This document shows positions 1 through 12,332 of a DNA stretch of 64,000 nucleotides, piece by piece (position 1 is the first letter of the stretch; each line of letters opens with the position of its first letter). Location of the stretch: the NCBI GenBank assembly GCA_010405405.1, contig MU004246.1, positions 310,001-374,000 of the forward strand. Reading direction: 5' to 3'. The position numbers were made by a program, and so were the translations under genes. The notes under the pieces were generated by a model that worked only from the letters and a program-made list of their open reading frames with translations, ran no database searches and was not told the origin of the DNA. This stretch comes from Microthyrium microscopicum. Taxonomy: Eukaryota.

Positions 1-491
1 ATTTCTGCGGCTTGGCGCGAACCACAACTACATCCCAAACTTTTGCTGCACTTCTTTCTCTTTTTCAACCACGGCCGTCACAACTCGTCCTTTGTAGCTT
101 ATTTGCTTATACAATGCCGGCGATGGTCTCTCGAGACCTCTCATCGGCCCAGAATACGCTCATCCCGCTTTAAAACCGTCAATCCGAGCGCCCCTCGTGC
201 GGCGTCCATGACACTTTGGCGACCTAAAAGTCTGGGACATTCATCTTCATAAAATCTGCTCTTTTGTAGTAGTAATTCAATTGTAAGTTCTCTCTACTGT
301 TCAAACCATTCCGCCTTGATGAGTCAACAGAAGCTCTGGTAATCCTACTCAACCTCGTTCTACACGATGCTGCGGCCTCACGACGGTTGAGATTGACGAG
401 CAAAAGGCAAAGTCTGAGCTTCAAAACTCACATACTTGTTTATCCCCGAAGCATGTCATAATATCTTGCTAACGGATTACAGAATATTCTC

Positions 492-1331
492 TTATTCCCT
501 GACTTCTATTTTGGTGTTGAAGCGTACTCTGCTTTCACCCACAACCAAAGCCCAGAAATCGTACCATGCTTCCCATGTCTCTTCATCAGGCGCATTCAGC
601 AAGCCAGTGTAGCCACCTCCAACCCCATAAACCTCCAGGTACCTTGGAGGAACCATCTCGGTCATATCATGCAGCAAACTCGACGCATCCATGTTGACCT
701 GTCTCACCGCTCTGGTAATTTCCTTCCACTCCTTTCGTATTTCCTTATCCTCCCTCTTAGGACGTTTCCCTTGTCGTCTCCAGCTTCCCCGCTTGCGTAA
801 AGTTTCCTGGAGTTTTTCCGACCTTCTTTGCAACTCATCAAAGCGTTCCATCACTCGCTCTACCAGCTCAGGTAATTCGTACGCCGCTTTCGATCCTTGT
901 GTTTGCAAGCGTTCATTTCTGGCTGTGTCTTTGGTCACTGGGTTGTTTGCTAGGTAATCTAGTAGGTCCAGCATGTCAGCTATATCAATGAATAGATGTT
1001 CTATCTGTCCCCAGGTGAGACGATCGAGCCGACTCCCTATTGTAAAGCCCATCTTCATCCAAGCGTATGCTCGATCGACGCTTTGTTGCGCCATTGGGCA
1101 CCTGTCACTTGGTTCCTCGCCGTTTTCGGAGTCCACTTTGTTGTCATGGCTTTCTGTTGCTTGGCTGTCCAGCTCTTTTATCTCCGGCTTACGAGATTGG
1201 TCTGCTACCCTTGCCTGGCTTTGGGCGTCTTCCTTGGTCTGACTCGAAATCCTGGACTTTTGCTTCGAAATTGGGTTGATAGCACGGTCAGCCTCTACCA
1301 CTGGATTGCAATGTTGTTTGTTGTTGGCCAT
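492..1331 (-). CDS. Hypothetical protein, orphan family paralog A
   Basis: Uninterrupted ~279-codon ORF (first ATG 1331; the ORF-track start at 1337 is TTG). Shares three blocks with the 1710-2561 ORF: QQSVDRAYAW/VQSLDRAGQW, WGQIEHLF/WLQIAELF, RAVRQVNMDASSLLHDMTEMVP/KAVRSVNVDASRLLRNVVDLLP. Confidence 0.7.
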   Translation of the reverse strand: MANNKQHCNPVVEADRAINPISKQKSRISSQTKEDAQSQARVADQSRKPEIKELDSQATESHDNKVDSENGEEPSDRCPMAQQSVDRAYAWMKMGFTIGSRLDRLTWGQIEHLFIDIADMLDLLDYLANNPVTKDTARNERLQTQGSKAAYELPELVERVMERFDELQRRSEKLQETLRKRGSWRRQGKRPKREDKEIRKEWKEITRAVRQVNMDASSLLHDMTEMVPPRYLEVYGVGGGYTGLLNAPDEETWEAWYDFWALVVGESRVRFNTKIEVRE

Positions 1332-1709
1332 ATCCAATTGAGTGTTTCTGGATGATGCATTACTCTGGAACTCACAATTTATATAGAGTGGCTAATTGTG
1401 TTAGCTAAACAGCCAGTAACTGCCAGCTGGAACAATGACAACTTCCCAGTCATCATTCACGAACACTTCAGCATCAGGACGGTCAGATCACCGACTTGTC
1501 TGGTGAAGCTACAAGGGCAGTGGACTGCTCAGCTGCTCCGAACAGCTCGCTACTGACCAAACTGTAATGGTGACTTTTAGTACGCAGTTTCCTTGGGCCT
1601 CTTGTATTCACTGTTGACGTATCGCTTCATTCCGAAGTTCCCTTTCATGCCAAGCGAGTCTCGATACCATGATTCTCCAATTTACTATATGCTAGCTACC
1701 CTCCAGCAG

Positions 1710-2561
1710 CTATGCCATGCCCAGAAAGCGTTTAATGCTCTCTTTACCTTCCACAATCCCTTGTAAGATTGGATCTAGGAACCCAGCCAAACCACCATCG
1801 TTCTCAGCACTCTCCACAAACTCCGTAGGAAGCAAATCCACGACATTCCGCAACAATCTCGAAGCATCCACATTAACACTCCTCACCGCCTTCGTCAACA
1901 ACACCTGCTCGTCACGAGTAAGCTCCTCCCCAGCGCTCTTTCGCAAATCGTCCTCGGTTGTTCGAGACAGGCTCAGCAACCTATCAAAGCTCCTATTCAC
2001 TTCACGTATCTGACTCATATTTCCCGGTCTTGCGTTCCGGCCCTCTTCCGTCACCATGTATTTGTTCATCAAGCTAAACGCTTTTGCCAGATTATGGAAT
2101 AGCTCTGCGATCTGGAGCCAGCCTGCGTTACAGTGCCGTTTGGCTAGTGTGTTATTCCCTACGTGGTCTTTGCATTGCGGCTTGGTCTCTTGGTGCTTGT
2201 TGCGCTTGTCTTTTGCCATATGTGACCATTGTCCTGCTCGGTCGAGGCTTTGGACCACCATGCCTGGCCACGTCGTATCTTGTGGACTTAGATCAGATGC
2301 TCGCGTAGGTTGGACATCTCGCATTCTGGATAGGATTTGGATTTTCGCTTGGGTTGCGGTTTGTTCAGAGTCTTGTGCGTGGCTTCTGGATGTCGTGGCT
2401 TCAAAGCGTGGACTTCTGGAGTTTCGGGATGACATTGATGCTGGTAAGTACCCACGTTTGGGTGTAGAATGGGGTTGTCGGCTGCTGGTGGTCGGGGCCG
2501 GTTGGCTATAGCTGGATAATGCATCGCGCTGAAATATTGAGGGCAGATTACAGCAAGGCAT
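1710..2561 (-). CDS. Hypothetical protein, orphan family paralog B
   Basis: Long ORF (ATG 2561 or 2435) with a low-complexity N-terminus and a C-terminal helical region homologous to the 492-1331 ORF. Confidence 0.7.
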   Translation of the reverse strand: MPCCNLPSIFQRDALSSYSQPAPTTSSRQPHSTPKRGYLPASMSSRNSRSPRFEATTSRSHAQDSEQTATQAKIQILSRMRDVQPTRASDLSPQDTTWPGMVVQSLDRAGQWSHMAKDKRNKHQETKPQCKDHVGNNTLAKRHCNAGWLQIAELFHNLAKAFSLMNKYMVTEEGRNARPGNMSQIREVNRSFDRLLSLSRTTEDDLRKSAGEELTRDEQVLLTKAVRSVNVDASRLLRNVVDLLPTEFVESAENDGGLAGFLDPILQGIVEGKESIKRFLGMA

Positions 2562-3259
2562 TTGGCTTGTTTTCGCGGTCACTATATGAATTCTGGAGGT
2601 GCTATGTCACTATTCGAGTGGTCTACTAATGGCTTTCACTATATATGTGGCAGTGAGCGGGAGTGTTATGGTATTGGAGTGTTCAGGTTCACAGGCGGAG
2701 AAAGGCGCGTGCTGTCTTTGGTACTGACTTTTCTGTAGAAGTGCCTGGACGCTCTGCTATGGTAATTTCATGGAAGTGATTTCTCATCTCCTATTCCACT
2801 AAAAGACTTGCAGCATGTCGCACTTAACCAAGGCTATACTCGACTTACTTCTGGCTTCTTGTCATGTTCAAATACAGATCAAATAACATTCTACAGCATT
2901 ATAGTTAATCAGCTTCATTTTCCCTATTTCACTACGTAGACAACGAGCACCTAGTAATTGCAATGATGCAACTCCAACGAGCTGAATTAGACCATTTGCC
3001 ACCATGATAGAAAGTTTGGTCAATCTATTGATAGCGCTACAATGTCGATTGCTGGAATAATTCTACCAAAGATGAGAAAAACTCGCGTAGCCTCAGCGTA
3101 GGCACCAATTTATATTTATATGGAACAACAAATCAAAACTACCTGACAGTCATCGCTCTCAACATTCTTCCCTATCAAATTCCGCTTTTCGCTATCCAAA
3201 CGAAGGCTGCAGCACAACATATCAAATACACCCACGATACAAAGCAAATCAACTTCAGA

Positions 3260-3700
3260 ATGAGCCTACACGGCCAAGGTATCCTAAGACAGAGGATTAG
3301 TCCTTCAAACGATGGTGATGAATCCACAACTACTCTCAACGGTAAGGTCCCTTCCAAACCATCCCATTTCCTACACCAAGTTCTCATATTTTCCCCCTCG
3401 CTGGAGTTGTCTTACTACAACTTAAAGCCTACACTTGATATTAACAAAGTTCTCACAGATCAGCAAGATGACTTCCAAAACAGCGAGGAACCATCCTGCG
3501 CCGGCTTTATAGCTTTCGCGAAGGAGTGGTTATGTTTTCTAGGCATAATGATCCTGATGATACTTGTCACTTTGACGGACTTGGCCTGTTACGGCCTTGG
3601 GAAAGTTTTGGATATTCTTAAAAGAACCGGAGATTACTTGTTGGAGGTTGCAGATGAAAGCAGTCCACGTTCGGAGAGTTTTTTGGAAAGTTTTACTTAG
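3260..3700 (+). CDS. Small hypothetical membrane protein
   Basis: ORF with a probable in-frame intron 3342-3458 (GTAAGG...TTAAC...ACAG) and one hydrophobic segment WLCFLGIMILMILVTL. Confidence 0.4.
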   Translation: MSLHGQGILRQRISPSNDGDESTTTLNGKVPSKPSHFLHQVLIFSPSLELSYYNLKPTLDINKVLTDQQDDFQNSEEPSCAGFIAFAKEWLCFLGIMILMILVTLTDLACYGLGKVLDILKRTGDYLLEVADESSPRSESFLESFT

Positions 3701-4014
3701 GGGACGTAGGTGGTGGTGGTGTTGGAGGTGGTGAAGGGATTTGGGTGGAAAGGATATTGGTAGATGGGGAAGGCTTTAGGGGGTGTTTGCTTCTTTGATC
3801 TTAGCTGTAGATTACAAGGTTATACTGATTCAGAAAAGAACTGGAGGACATGCTCATGTTATAGTGAGTTTGGAGTTACACACTAGCTCATTTGACATTC
3901 ACTCATATAGCTGGTTTTGAGAATCTGCTCACTCAGCACTGATATAGGCATATTTAGCATCAACATGAAGCAGATTGAACTACTGGCTTATCACGTCGCC
4001 TCGATATCAACAGC

Positions 4015-4973
4015 TTAATCTGGCCAACGTCCAAGTACACCCATCCCAGCCTCACCCAAAGCTTTCATCACCATCTCATCCAGCACATCAATTCCCTGGC
4101 CCCAACTGCTTGCCGCCACCCTGACCGGATGCTGTTTTATCAACTCCTCTATCTGCCAGATCCATTCAAACCCATCCAACAGCGTCTCCGCAGGTTTCGT
4201 AACATGCCGAACGGTCCGCCAATCTCTTTGAATGACTACCTATCTTCATTTCAGGATCTTCACTTCAGGAGTGCGAGACTCAGTCAGATCTCGGGATCTG
4301 GTTAGCTCCAGTGGCCACATTGTGATGAACCAGATCTTCAGACCTTCAGAATCACCCCAAATAGTCTGATTTCCGTGGATAGCGACCGTTTGGCATGCAG
4401 AGTGTGAACAGGAAGGGAGAAGTTGAGTTTGGACGAGGCATAGAATGTTGCGGTCGTTTAGCAGAGCTCGTATGAAACGGGTAATCTGCGGTGGTCCAGT
4501 GTTTCTTTGAAGTCAAGTAGAGGGAGTTAAAAATTAAGATAAGGTCTTGATTCGATTTCAATATCAGGGAGGGTTGAAACTGTACTTGAGTCAAAGAGAC
4601 CGTCGTACGCACTTTGAGCCCGTCCGCCTGCTTTTCCATCCAAGATGAAGAGACTATGTTGCGTATACTTAAGCAAATATGAGAGAAGTTTCGGATCCGC
4701 TTTGGGCCCGAGGGAAGAATATGGTGCGAATGGTATGAAGCGGCAGATATAGCTGTAGTTGAGTGCTAGGAATGATATTCAATGTCTTGGGAGGCGCCCA
4801 ACGCCGTATCGCTTCCGTCTCCTGGCGATTTGCCTTTTGCTGGGTGGAATGTGATGACTGGCGCAGAAATGACTGTCCCGTTGTGTAAACACGCGAGACG
4901 ATCGTGCTATGAGTGACGCTCGTGTGATCGACGATTGAGTCTCGTCCCTGGGTTTTGATGAACACTGGCCCAT
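4015..4973 (-). pseudogene. Possible decayed gene starting with a myristoylation-like MGQCSSK
   Basis: ATG 4973 gives MGQCSSK. Downstream coding-like stretches lie in shifting frames with stops, and no intact model could be built. Confidence 0.2.
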
Positions 4974-5336
4974 CCTTTTGGTGATATAGAGAAATTACGT
5001 CTGCTGCGATGCGTCAAGAGGGGAATTTGATCTATCGTTGTATATAGTCTATCTCAGCCCATTGTATTAGATTGAATTTGACATGAATCTGAGACTTGAT
5101 GACAGAAATCATACATACGAATAGGTGGAAGTAGCTCCATGAGACATGTAGTCAGACAAGACCTATCTAGCCTCGCGTTAAAGTGTTGTTCAGCACTACT
5201 TAAAACCCAGTATGCAAATAAACGAACTGTAGACTCGTATTATAGCCTATTTGGCCCATGGTAAATATTCTAAACCTGAGATGAACAATTCCAATTAGAA
5301 TGATGAACATCATACGCCATTATATGCAAACGCAAT

Positions 5337-7245
5337 TCATCGGACAAATGAATGTCCATTATTACCCACATTCTCCACGCGGAAACCCAGAGTCGCCATC
5401 CACTTGCTATCAACAATATTCCTGCCATCAAACAGCCACTTTGGATCTCGCATGCCTGCAGCAATCTTCTCCCAGTCTAGAGTACTGTCTGGTCTCACTG
5501 CGGCTGCAGCTGGTGTCTGACAGCGTTGACAGTCCGGAGGGCATTCCGGCGGCTCTACCAAAGGCGAGACAGTCTTTAGTTCTCCGTATATTGTGGGAGA
5601 ATAGGCTGGTTTTGTTGGAACTGGTGATCTGGCGAGAGCTGGATCTGGTATTGATGCATCGATCGATGAGACTGTTGGGGATGTGAGATTGATATCTTGA
5701 GAATCGAGCTTAAGTTTCGATGACTTGAACTGCTCCCAAGGAGTAAGTATGAGAATCGCGCTAGATCCGCTACACGCATCATACACATTGTCGTAGGTAT
5801 GCAGGTTCTGGAACTGTGCGGGCGAGACAAAAGCATCGATGCTGTGTCTGATTTCCAAAGCCGTGCAGCCCGGATCAAAGACCGCAATTTCACTGGGTCT
5901 CTCCTCCGCCAACTTTTGTATGACCTCTATCGCCGGACTCTCGCGAGTGTCGTTGGTGTTCTGCTTGAACGTGTATCCAAGCACGGTGATTTTCTTTCCG
6001 TAGAGCGCACCATTCAGTTTTGAGACAATCTTATCAAGAAATCGTGTCTTTTGAAAGTCGTTGACTGCCAATACCGCCATCCAGTAGTCTGCGACTTCCG
6101 GCAGATGAAGAGAATTGGCGAGATATGTGAGAGCCAAGATATCTTTCTTGAAACATGAGCCACCAAAACCGATGCCGGCTTTGAGAAATTTGCTGCCTAG
6201 CCGACTGTCACTGCCAATTGCTGCTGCCACTTGATCGATTTCAGCGCCCGTTTTGTCGCAGATAGCACTTATGGTGTTGATAGAACTAATTCGCTGGGCC
6301 AGCATAGCATTTGCTACGACTTTGGCGAGTTCGGCAGACCAGGTATTGACCGTCAATATTTTGGACTTATCGATCCACGAGTATATTGACTGGAGCTTTG
6401 CAGCGGCAGCGAAACCAGATGGTGAGCGAGAGGATCCAATGAGAATACGATCAGGGCAGAGTAAGTCTCGAATCGCGCTTCCTTCAGCGAGGAATTCAGG
6501 ATTTGATAGGACCTCGAATTTGTCGTTTGGTCTGTGAACAGCAAACTGATAGGTTAGTAATAAACACTACCCAAGTCTTTTCGTCAGTACTTACAATATC
6601 TTGAATGGTTCGCGCGGTACCACAAGGCACAGTGCTCTTTTCCACAATCACTGCACCAGCGCGTGCAAACTGTGCTATGGTTACAGCCGCACTTTCCAGC
6701 GCTGCAAGGTTTGTAGCGGAGCCTGCTCCAGTCCCATATTCCTTGGTCGGCGTATTGACCGCTATGAAAACGATATCTGCTTCAGAAATACATTTTTCAA
6801 CGTCTGTTGAGAATATCAAGTTCGGCGATCTCTGCGACATTGAGCGTTCGTCAGATCCAGAACTGTGTGTCCTCGAGGCAATGCCATCTCGAGCAATTCG
6901 TACAACATCTTCCAGGCCAGGTTCGTGGATTGGTAGATGTCTTGACTTCCAGCTTTCGATTCGTTCTGAATTTTTGTCTACCACGGAGACTTGAATGTTC
7001 GGGTTTTGATACGCAACCACAGCGGCAGTCGGTCCACCTAAATGGAAATTAGATTGTATTGTTAGTGAAACCTGTTGCCAAAACATACCAACATATCCGG
7101 CACCAACGAAGCATATATTCTGGACACGAGTCTCATCATCTTCGAGAGGCTCTGGAGTAGTGTAACCAGAAGTACTTGGTATCGTCTCGCTACTGGCCTC
7201 AGAGTCTCGTGTAAGGCTAACCGGGCTCGTGTTCCTGGAATTCAT
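5337..7245 (-). CDS. UDP-glucose 6-dehydrogenase
   Basis: Exons 7245-7089, 7037-6595, 6545-5337. Motifs: Rossmann GAGYVGGPT, VNTPT, EKSTVP, SNPEFLAEG, ELAK(VVANA), catalytic GFGGSCFKKD, FKQNTNDTRESP, FDGRN. Confidence 0.95.
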
Positions 7246-7810
7246 AATTCAATATATTAATCGTAGTACTTGGCCAGGACACAGTTTGAAAATGAAAAGG
7301 CACTACATGAGAGGCCAGGAGCCATGTATTTTGAAATAGATTCTATTCATAATGAGAATCATACATCCACTTCCAACATGCGTATATACGGATACACCTG
7401 CACATTTTTTGCTTTCTACCTGCTAAACCCATTATTCGCTTGTTCATTGCCAAGCAGTTTGATGGACAGACCGCGGTAGTTCGGTCAGGAGCTCCAAGAT
7501 ACCTTGCGACTATTTTGGAGCCAATATGGCAGCTGCATGGTTGATAGTCTAGGATCTGCACCACCCATGAAGGTTGCTTGCGCTAATGCAGTCAACCGAT
7601 GAAGAATCCACCAGCCAGCCTTTTCTTTTCACTATCGTGGAACGATAAAAAAGCAAATACTCAATTGTACTATTCGGTATCCGTTTGAGCTGAAATCGAA
7701 AATATTGAATATTTCGTGAGCCATTTCGACTTCAGATAACCTTTCACTCCCAACATCGGACAATTCCAAGATTTTATCGCTCGTTCACGATTTTTACCTG
7801 CATTGTAGAG

Positions 7811-8996
7811 ATGCGCACGAATACGATTCTTTCCCTTGGCCTTTTGGTTTCGGCTGTAGTAGGCGATTCTGCAATTGGTCCCACAACCACTTGCAGCTCG
7901 ACTGGCCTGGTCAACACCAAACCTGGTAATCTGATATGTAAGTTGACACTGAAATCCAGACATCAGGCACTTCCCTAACCAGGCCAAAATAGTTGTCGCA
8001 AATGCCTGGAATGCTGATAGCAATGGGTCGCAGTGTCTATCGGTATGTATGTCCTGAATTGACACAGAGCTGCCAAGTTTGATAGCAAGATACAGGTCAG
8101 TGACGACGCGACTCAATTCAGTGTAACATGGGAATGGCCATCGAAACGAACAGCAGTTCGCTCGTATCCGCATGTTCAATTCAAGTCCAAGGCGTTGCCA
8201 GCTCCCATAGCGGATATCAGCAAAATACAGCTCAAAGGAACCTGGTCTGTAGCAACCACAGCACCTTCCCTGGAATCAACCGATCTGCTGGCAAACATTG
8301 CGTGGGATCTATTCGCAGACCCAGACGCAACCCTCGCAGGGAACGAAAACAAAGCAGGATATGAAATCATGTTTTGGACCGGCAGCTATGGACATCCACA
8401 ACCACTTGGACTCAAGGAAGGGCCGTGTCTGAACACCACAATCAACGACATCGCATAGTAAGTTCTTCCGACAAGCAAAGATAGATCCCCACTCGAAAGA
8501 ATGCTTGCTTGAGATCTTGCATACAAGAATACTGACCAATGGAAATAGTTCCCTGTACTGTGGAACGAATCCAAACCGGGGTTTGAAAACCTTCTCATGG
8601 CTGCCCGCCACAAATGTCACCACGTTCGACATTGACTTCAACCCCATGCTCCAAGCGCTCGTTACTAACGGGTGGGTGCCGGCCAACACCTATGTCGGCA
8701 TGGTAGGATTTGGTACTGAGGCCTTTTATGCGTCTGATAACATAACTTTCACTGCATCCAATTACGGGGTGGATATCGAGGCCACGAACGCTACCACATC
8801 TTCAGGTGGCAGTTTGAAGCCATCTTCGACAAGTTCAGGAGCTTCGACGTCTTCGACCAATGGTGGATCAAAGACAAGTGCAGCTGCATCAAACACTCAT
8901 ACTTCTAGCTGCAGCGGACCGTTCGGAATCATGGGTAAACTGGTTTTGGGTGTTGGTTTGGTGGTAGTTTTCCTTCTTTGCGATACGTTGATTTAA
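7811..8996 (+). CDS. Secreted GH12 endo-beta-glucanase with Ser/Thr-rich stalk and hydrophobic C-terminus (probable GPI anchor)
   Basis: Exons 7811-7937, 7993-8042, 8096-8457, 8549-8996. Signal peptide MRTNTILSLGLLVSAVVG. GH12 motifs NAWN, FSVTWEW, VRSYPHV, ANIAWDLF, YEIMFW (nucleophile E), GFGTEAF (acid/base E). S/T/G-rich tail then LVLGVGLVVVFLL. Confidence 0.88.
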
Positions 8997-10325
8997 GCGA
9001 CGTGTGATAGACGATTTAGCCAATTGTAATGAGCCTAGTTGGGCATTTCTTCCAAAGATGGACTGAGGTTCGCCGATAACAGCGTGGTACTTGAAGATTG
9101 TTGTCAATAATTGATGCGGCGGTTGTAAAAGCAAGGCACGAGGTCGAGCAAGTGGTGCTGGACCCTGGTTCTGCACGTTGCACCCCACGGCTCTTTCCCA
9201 GTACGGAAGTCGCTCGTGTGACAGGGATTTTGCTTGTTCAAGCCATGTTTTGATCAAGCTATTATCAAATCTTATCAGATGATCAGGCACATCCATGAGC
9301 CTCATTGCTTCAAACTTGTTCGACTTTTCACCTGGCTGCTGTTGCCAAGATCAAATTTTCTCTTCGACTCCGGTATCATGGATCTGATAAGCTGAAGCTG
9401 TCCGAGTTCGGCGTCGTTAAAAGCCAACATTGAGACAGAACTGCAAGAGGCTGGCAAGCGCGATTGGTCAACTGCTTGTACCTCCTTGATCAGATAAGAT
9501 CGATTGATAATAGCTTGATATTCTCGCCAACTTCAATCAATTGATCCGCCAACAACTCGACCTGCATCAACATCCATGAATCCATGGGACGCATCAAACA
9601 AGGTGGGCTTGGTGCCAAGCTCGAGAATCTTCAAGAATGGATCATGAGCTTCCCGGTTTTGTTTTCGTGGCGATGATGGGGAAGTCCAAATACCTGGAAA
9701 TGGTCAACATTCTGATCTCTTGCTCTTCCAAGAGATCCCCGAATGACACACGACTGGCTACCTTCACAAATACTTATCTGCCCGAATACCTGTTATCTCA
9801 ACCATGTTAGTCGATCAAATGCAAATAGGATTCCTGAAAAATGCAAAGGGACGCCACATCCTCGTAAGCTAGCATCCTCGGCCACCGAAACGAGTAGTGG
9901 GCATGTCGAAGCGCCTTAGCCGTGTACATGCATATGCACCATCTAGACTTTACCAACTAGTTTGCTTTTTACCGTTGTGTCAATATCACCCTCGACACCA
10001 GTAGAATGTTGCTCGCGTGCCTCGACTATCAGGAGTGGGTATTTGCAACTGTTTGCCGAGTTATCGGACCTAACTCCACTGCTGCAAGCTAGACGCATGA
10101 ATAGGCGAACAAGAAAAAAGCTTGCGTGGAAAAGATGTCTTGGCTGATGTGAATGAAGCAGGTAGTTGTGATTTCGGCGATGCGCGATTCAGAATGTAGT
10201 GACCGGGGGAGCTTGGAAGCCTCTCCGAGTTGTTTTTTGGAATTTCCCGTTTTGGAGCTTGTAACTCTTGGTCCTTGTGTCTATGGTGAATATTGCTCTG
10301 TATAGAACATCGTTCTGTCGGCTTG

Positions 10326-12332
10326 ATGATGTCTGATCAGGACTTGGAAAAGAATACTGCTCCTGAGATGGCGGCTGAAGATGGTCATGCGACACCAACT
10401 TCGGTGGACCAAAAGGAAATATCCAACATTTCAGAGGCAACTCTTGCTCAAGTGAATGATTCTCAAGTAAGACCAGTCAATATGGTTCTAGAGACTATGC
10501 TGACATTTGATAGACATCAATCAGGTTTGGGCACAACGCTCCAGTGACTGATGCTGGTAACCAGAAGAAGTTCGAGAGCGACGTAAAGGAACTGAGGATA
10601 TCGACTTTATCCCATGCTTCAACTTCTTTAAGTGACGAGCCGATCGAGAAAGATGTCGAGAAGCAGGCTGGAGAGTTAGGATTCGAATCCTCAGCTCCAA
10701 GGAAGCGTGGCCCATTCAGTCGACTATACCGCTGGTTCAGACGCTCATACTGCCCATCAGAAGAACCAGCCTTGATTCTTCCCACCGCGCCAACAGACAA
10801 AGAGAAGTATCTGTACCTCCATACCAATCGGATACCGCTGTATATCGTTGGTATATTTGCCTTCTTGAGTCTTTCGGCTGGCATGTGGCTGTTCGTAATC
10901 TGCTCCAAATACATATACTGGTTCGGCGCCTTCACGATCCTCCTACAACTGTATCTCACCATCTCATACTGGGTCGGTGTATGCGGCAAAGACTGGGACT
11001 TTGAAGCTCACAAGGAAGTCCTGAGTAAAAACGTTCTCACAGCTGAAAACGCGCCGAGCGTGGACATCCTGCTTCCATGCTGTATGGAGCCTCTCGAAGT
11101 TCTCGCCAACACATACAAACACATCCAAGCTCTTGACTACCCTGGTCATCTCGAAGTCCACGTTCTTGACGACGGCGACCAAGCAGCTGTTCGTGCTCTA
11201 GCCATCAGCTATGGCTTCAACTACGCCGTCCGCGAAAACAGACCCTTCCTCCGCAAAGCTGGCAACTTGCGCTGGGCGTTTGGTCGAACAACTGGTGCCT
11301 TCTTTGCGATTTTCGACGCAGACTTTTGTCCAAGACCGGACTTTCTCCTCGAAATGCTACCAGAACATCTCGCAGATGATAAGTTAGCACTAGTCCAAAG
11401 TCCTCAATTCTTCCGCACCACCAAAGAACAAACATGGGTCGAGCAAGGCGCCGGAGCAGTCCAGGAGCTCTTCTACCGCGTGGTCCAAGTAAACCGCAAC
11501 CACTGGGGAGCGTCCATCTGCGTCGGCAGCAATGCCGTGTACCGCCGTGCGGCGCTCGAAGCTGTTGGCGGGACTGCAGAAATTGGTTTCTCTGAGGACG
11601 TCCATACCGGGTAAGTCTCCATATTCCCTCGAAGTTCCAAGCTCTTGCTAATGTATCTGCAGATTCGGCGCCGTCTCCCGCGGCTGGAACCTAAAATACA
11701 TCCCCCTCTGCCTCGCCTGCGGCATATGTCCCGACAATCCCCGCTCCTTCTTCAGCCAGCAAATGCGTTGGTGCATGGGCTCCACCACCCTCCTCTTGAA
11801 TCCAGAATTCTGGAAATCGAACCTCACATTCATGCAAAAGCTCTGCTACTCCTGCGGCTTCATGTACTACTCCGCCGTCTCCCTCTCCATCTTCATCAGC
11901 CCCCTCCCGGGTATAATCCTTCTCTGGATCCGGCCCGAACTTTTCAAATACTACAACCTCGCCTTTGCCCTCCCATCCCTCTTCTACGGCATCATCTTGT
12001 ATCCGCTATGGGCGAAGGGTAGATACGGTTTGAATGTGCAGCATATCCAGGTCATACAGAGTTTCGCATACCTCAATGCAATCAAGGATAAACTGCTAGG
12101 CAATGCGTTGCATTGGGCGCCGACGGGAAATGCAAAGGCGCATAAGAGTAACAAGTATCGAAATATGCGGATTCTGGCGTGGTGTTGGTGGTTTATGGTG
12201 TTGGGTGGATTGGTGAGTGCAGTTAGTTGGAGGGTGTTGCATGGGATTCATTGGTATCATACGATACCGTTGATTTTGTTGAATGCTTATAACTTTTATT
12301 TGGCGCATCCTTTTTTGTTTTATTGTGGATAG
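10326..12332 (+). CDS. Processive GT2 glycosyltransferase, cellulose synthase-like (BcsA/CelA-like)
   Basis: Exons 10326-10466, 10514-11610, 11663-12332. Two N-terminal TMs, then VDILLP, LDDG, KAGNL, FDADF, QSPQFF, GSNAVYRR, SEDVHTG, QQMRW (D,D,D,QxxRW signature), then several C-terminal TMs. Confidence 0.93.

Noticed and set aside
7593..7612. CAACCGATGAAGAATCC resembling a MITE terminus in the UGD/GH12 promoter
   Set aside because: Too short; no CTCCCATC box or partner arm.
8889..9720. Minus-strand coding-like stretch between GH12 and GT2
   Set aside because: Open stretches are interrupted by stops and no motif is recognisable. It may be a relic but cannot be supported.
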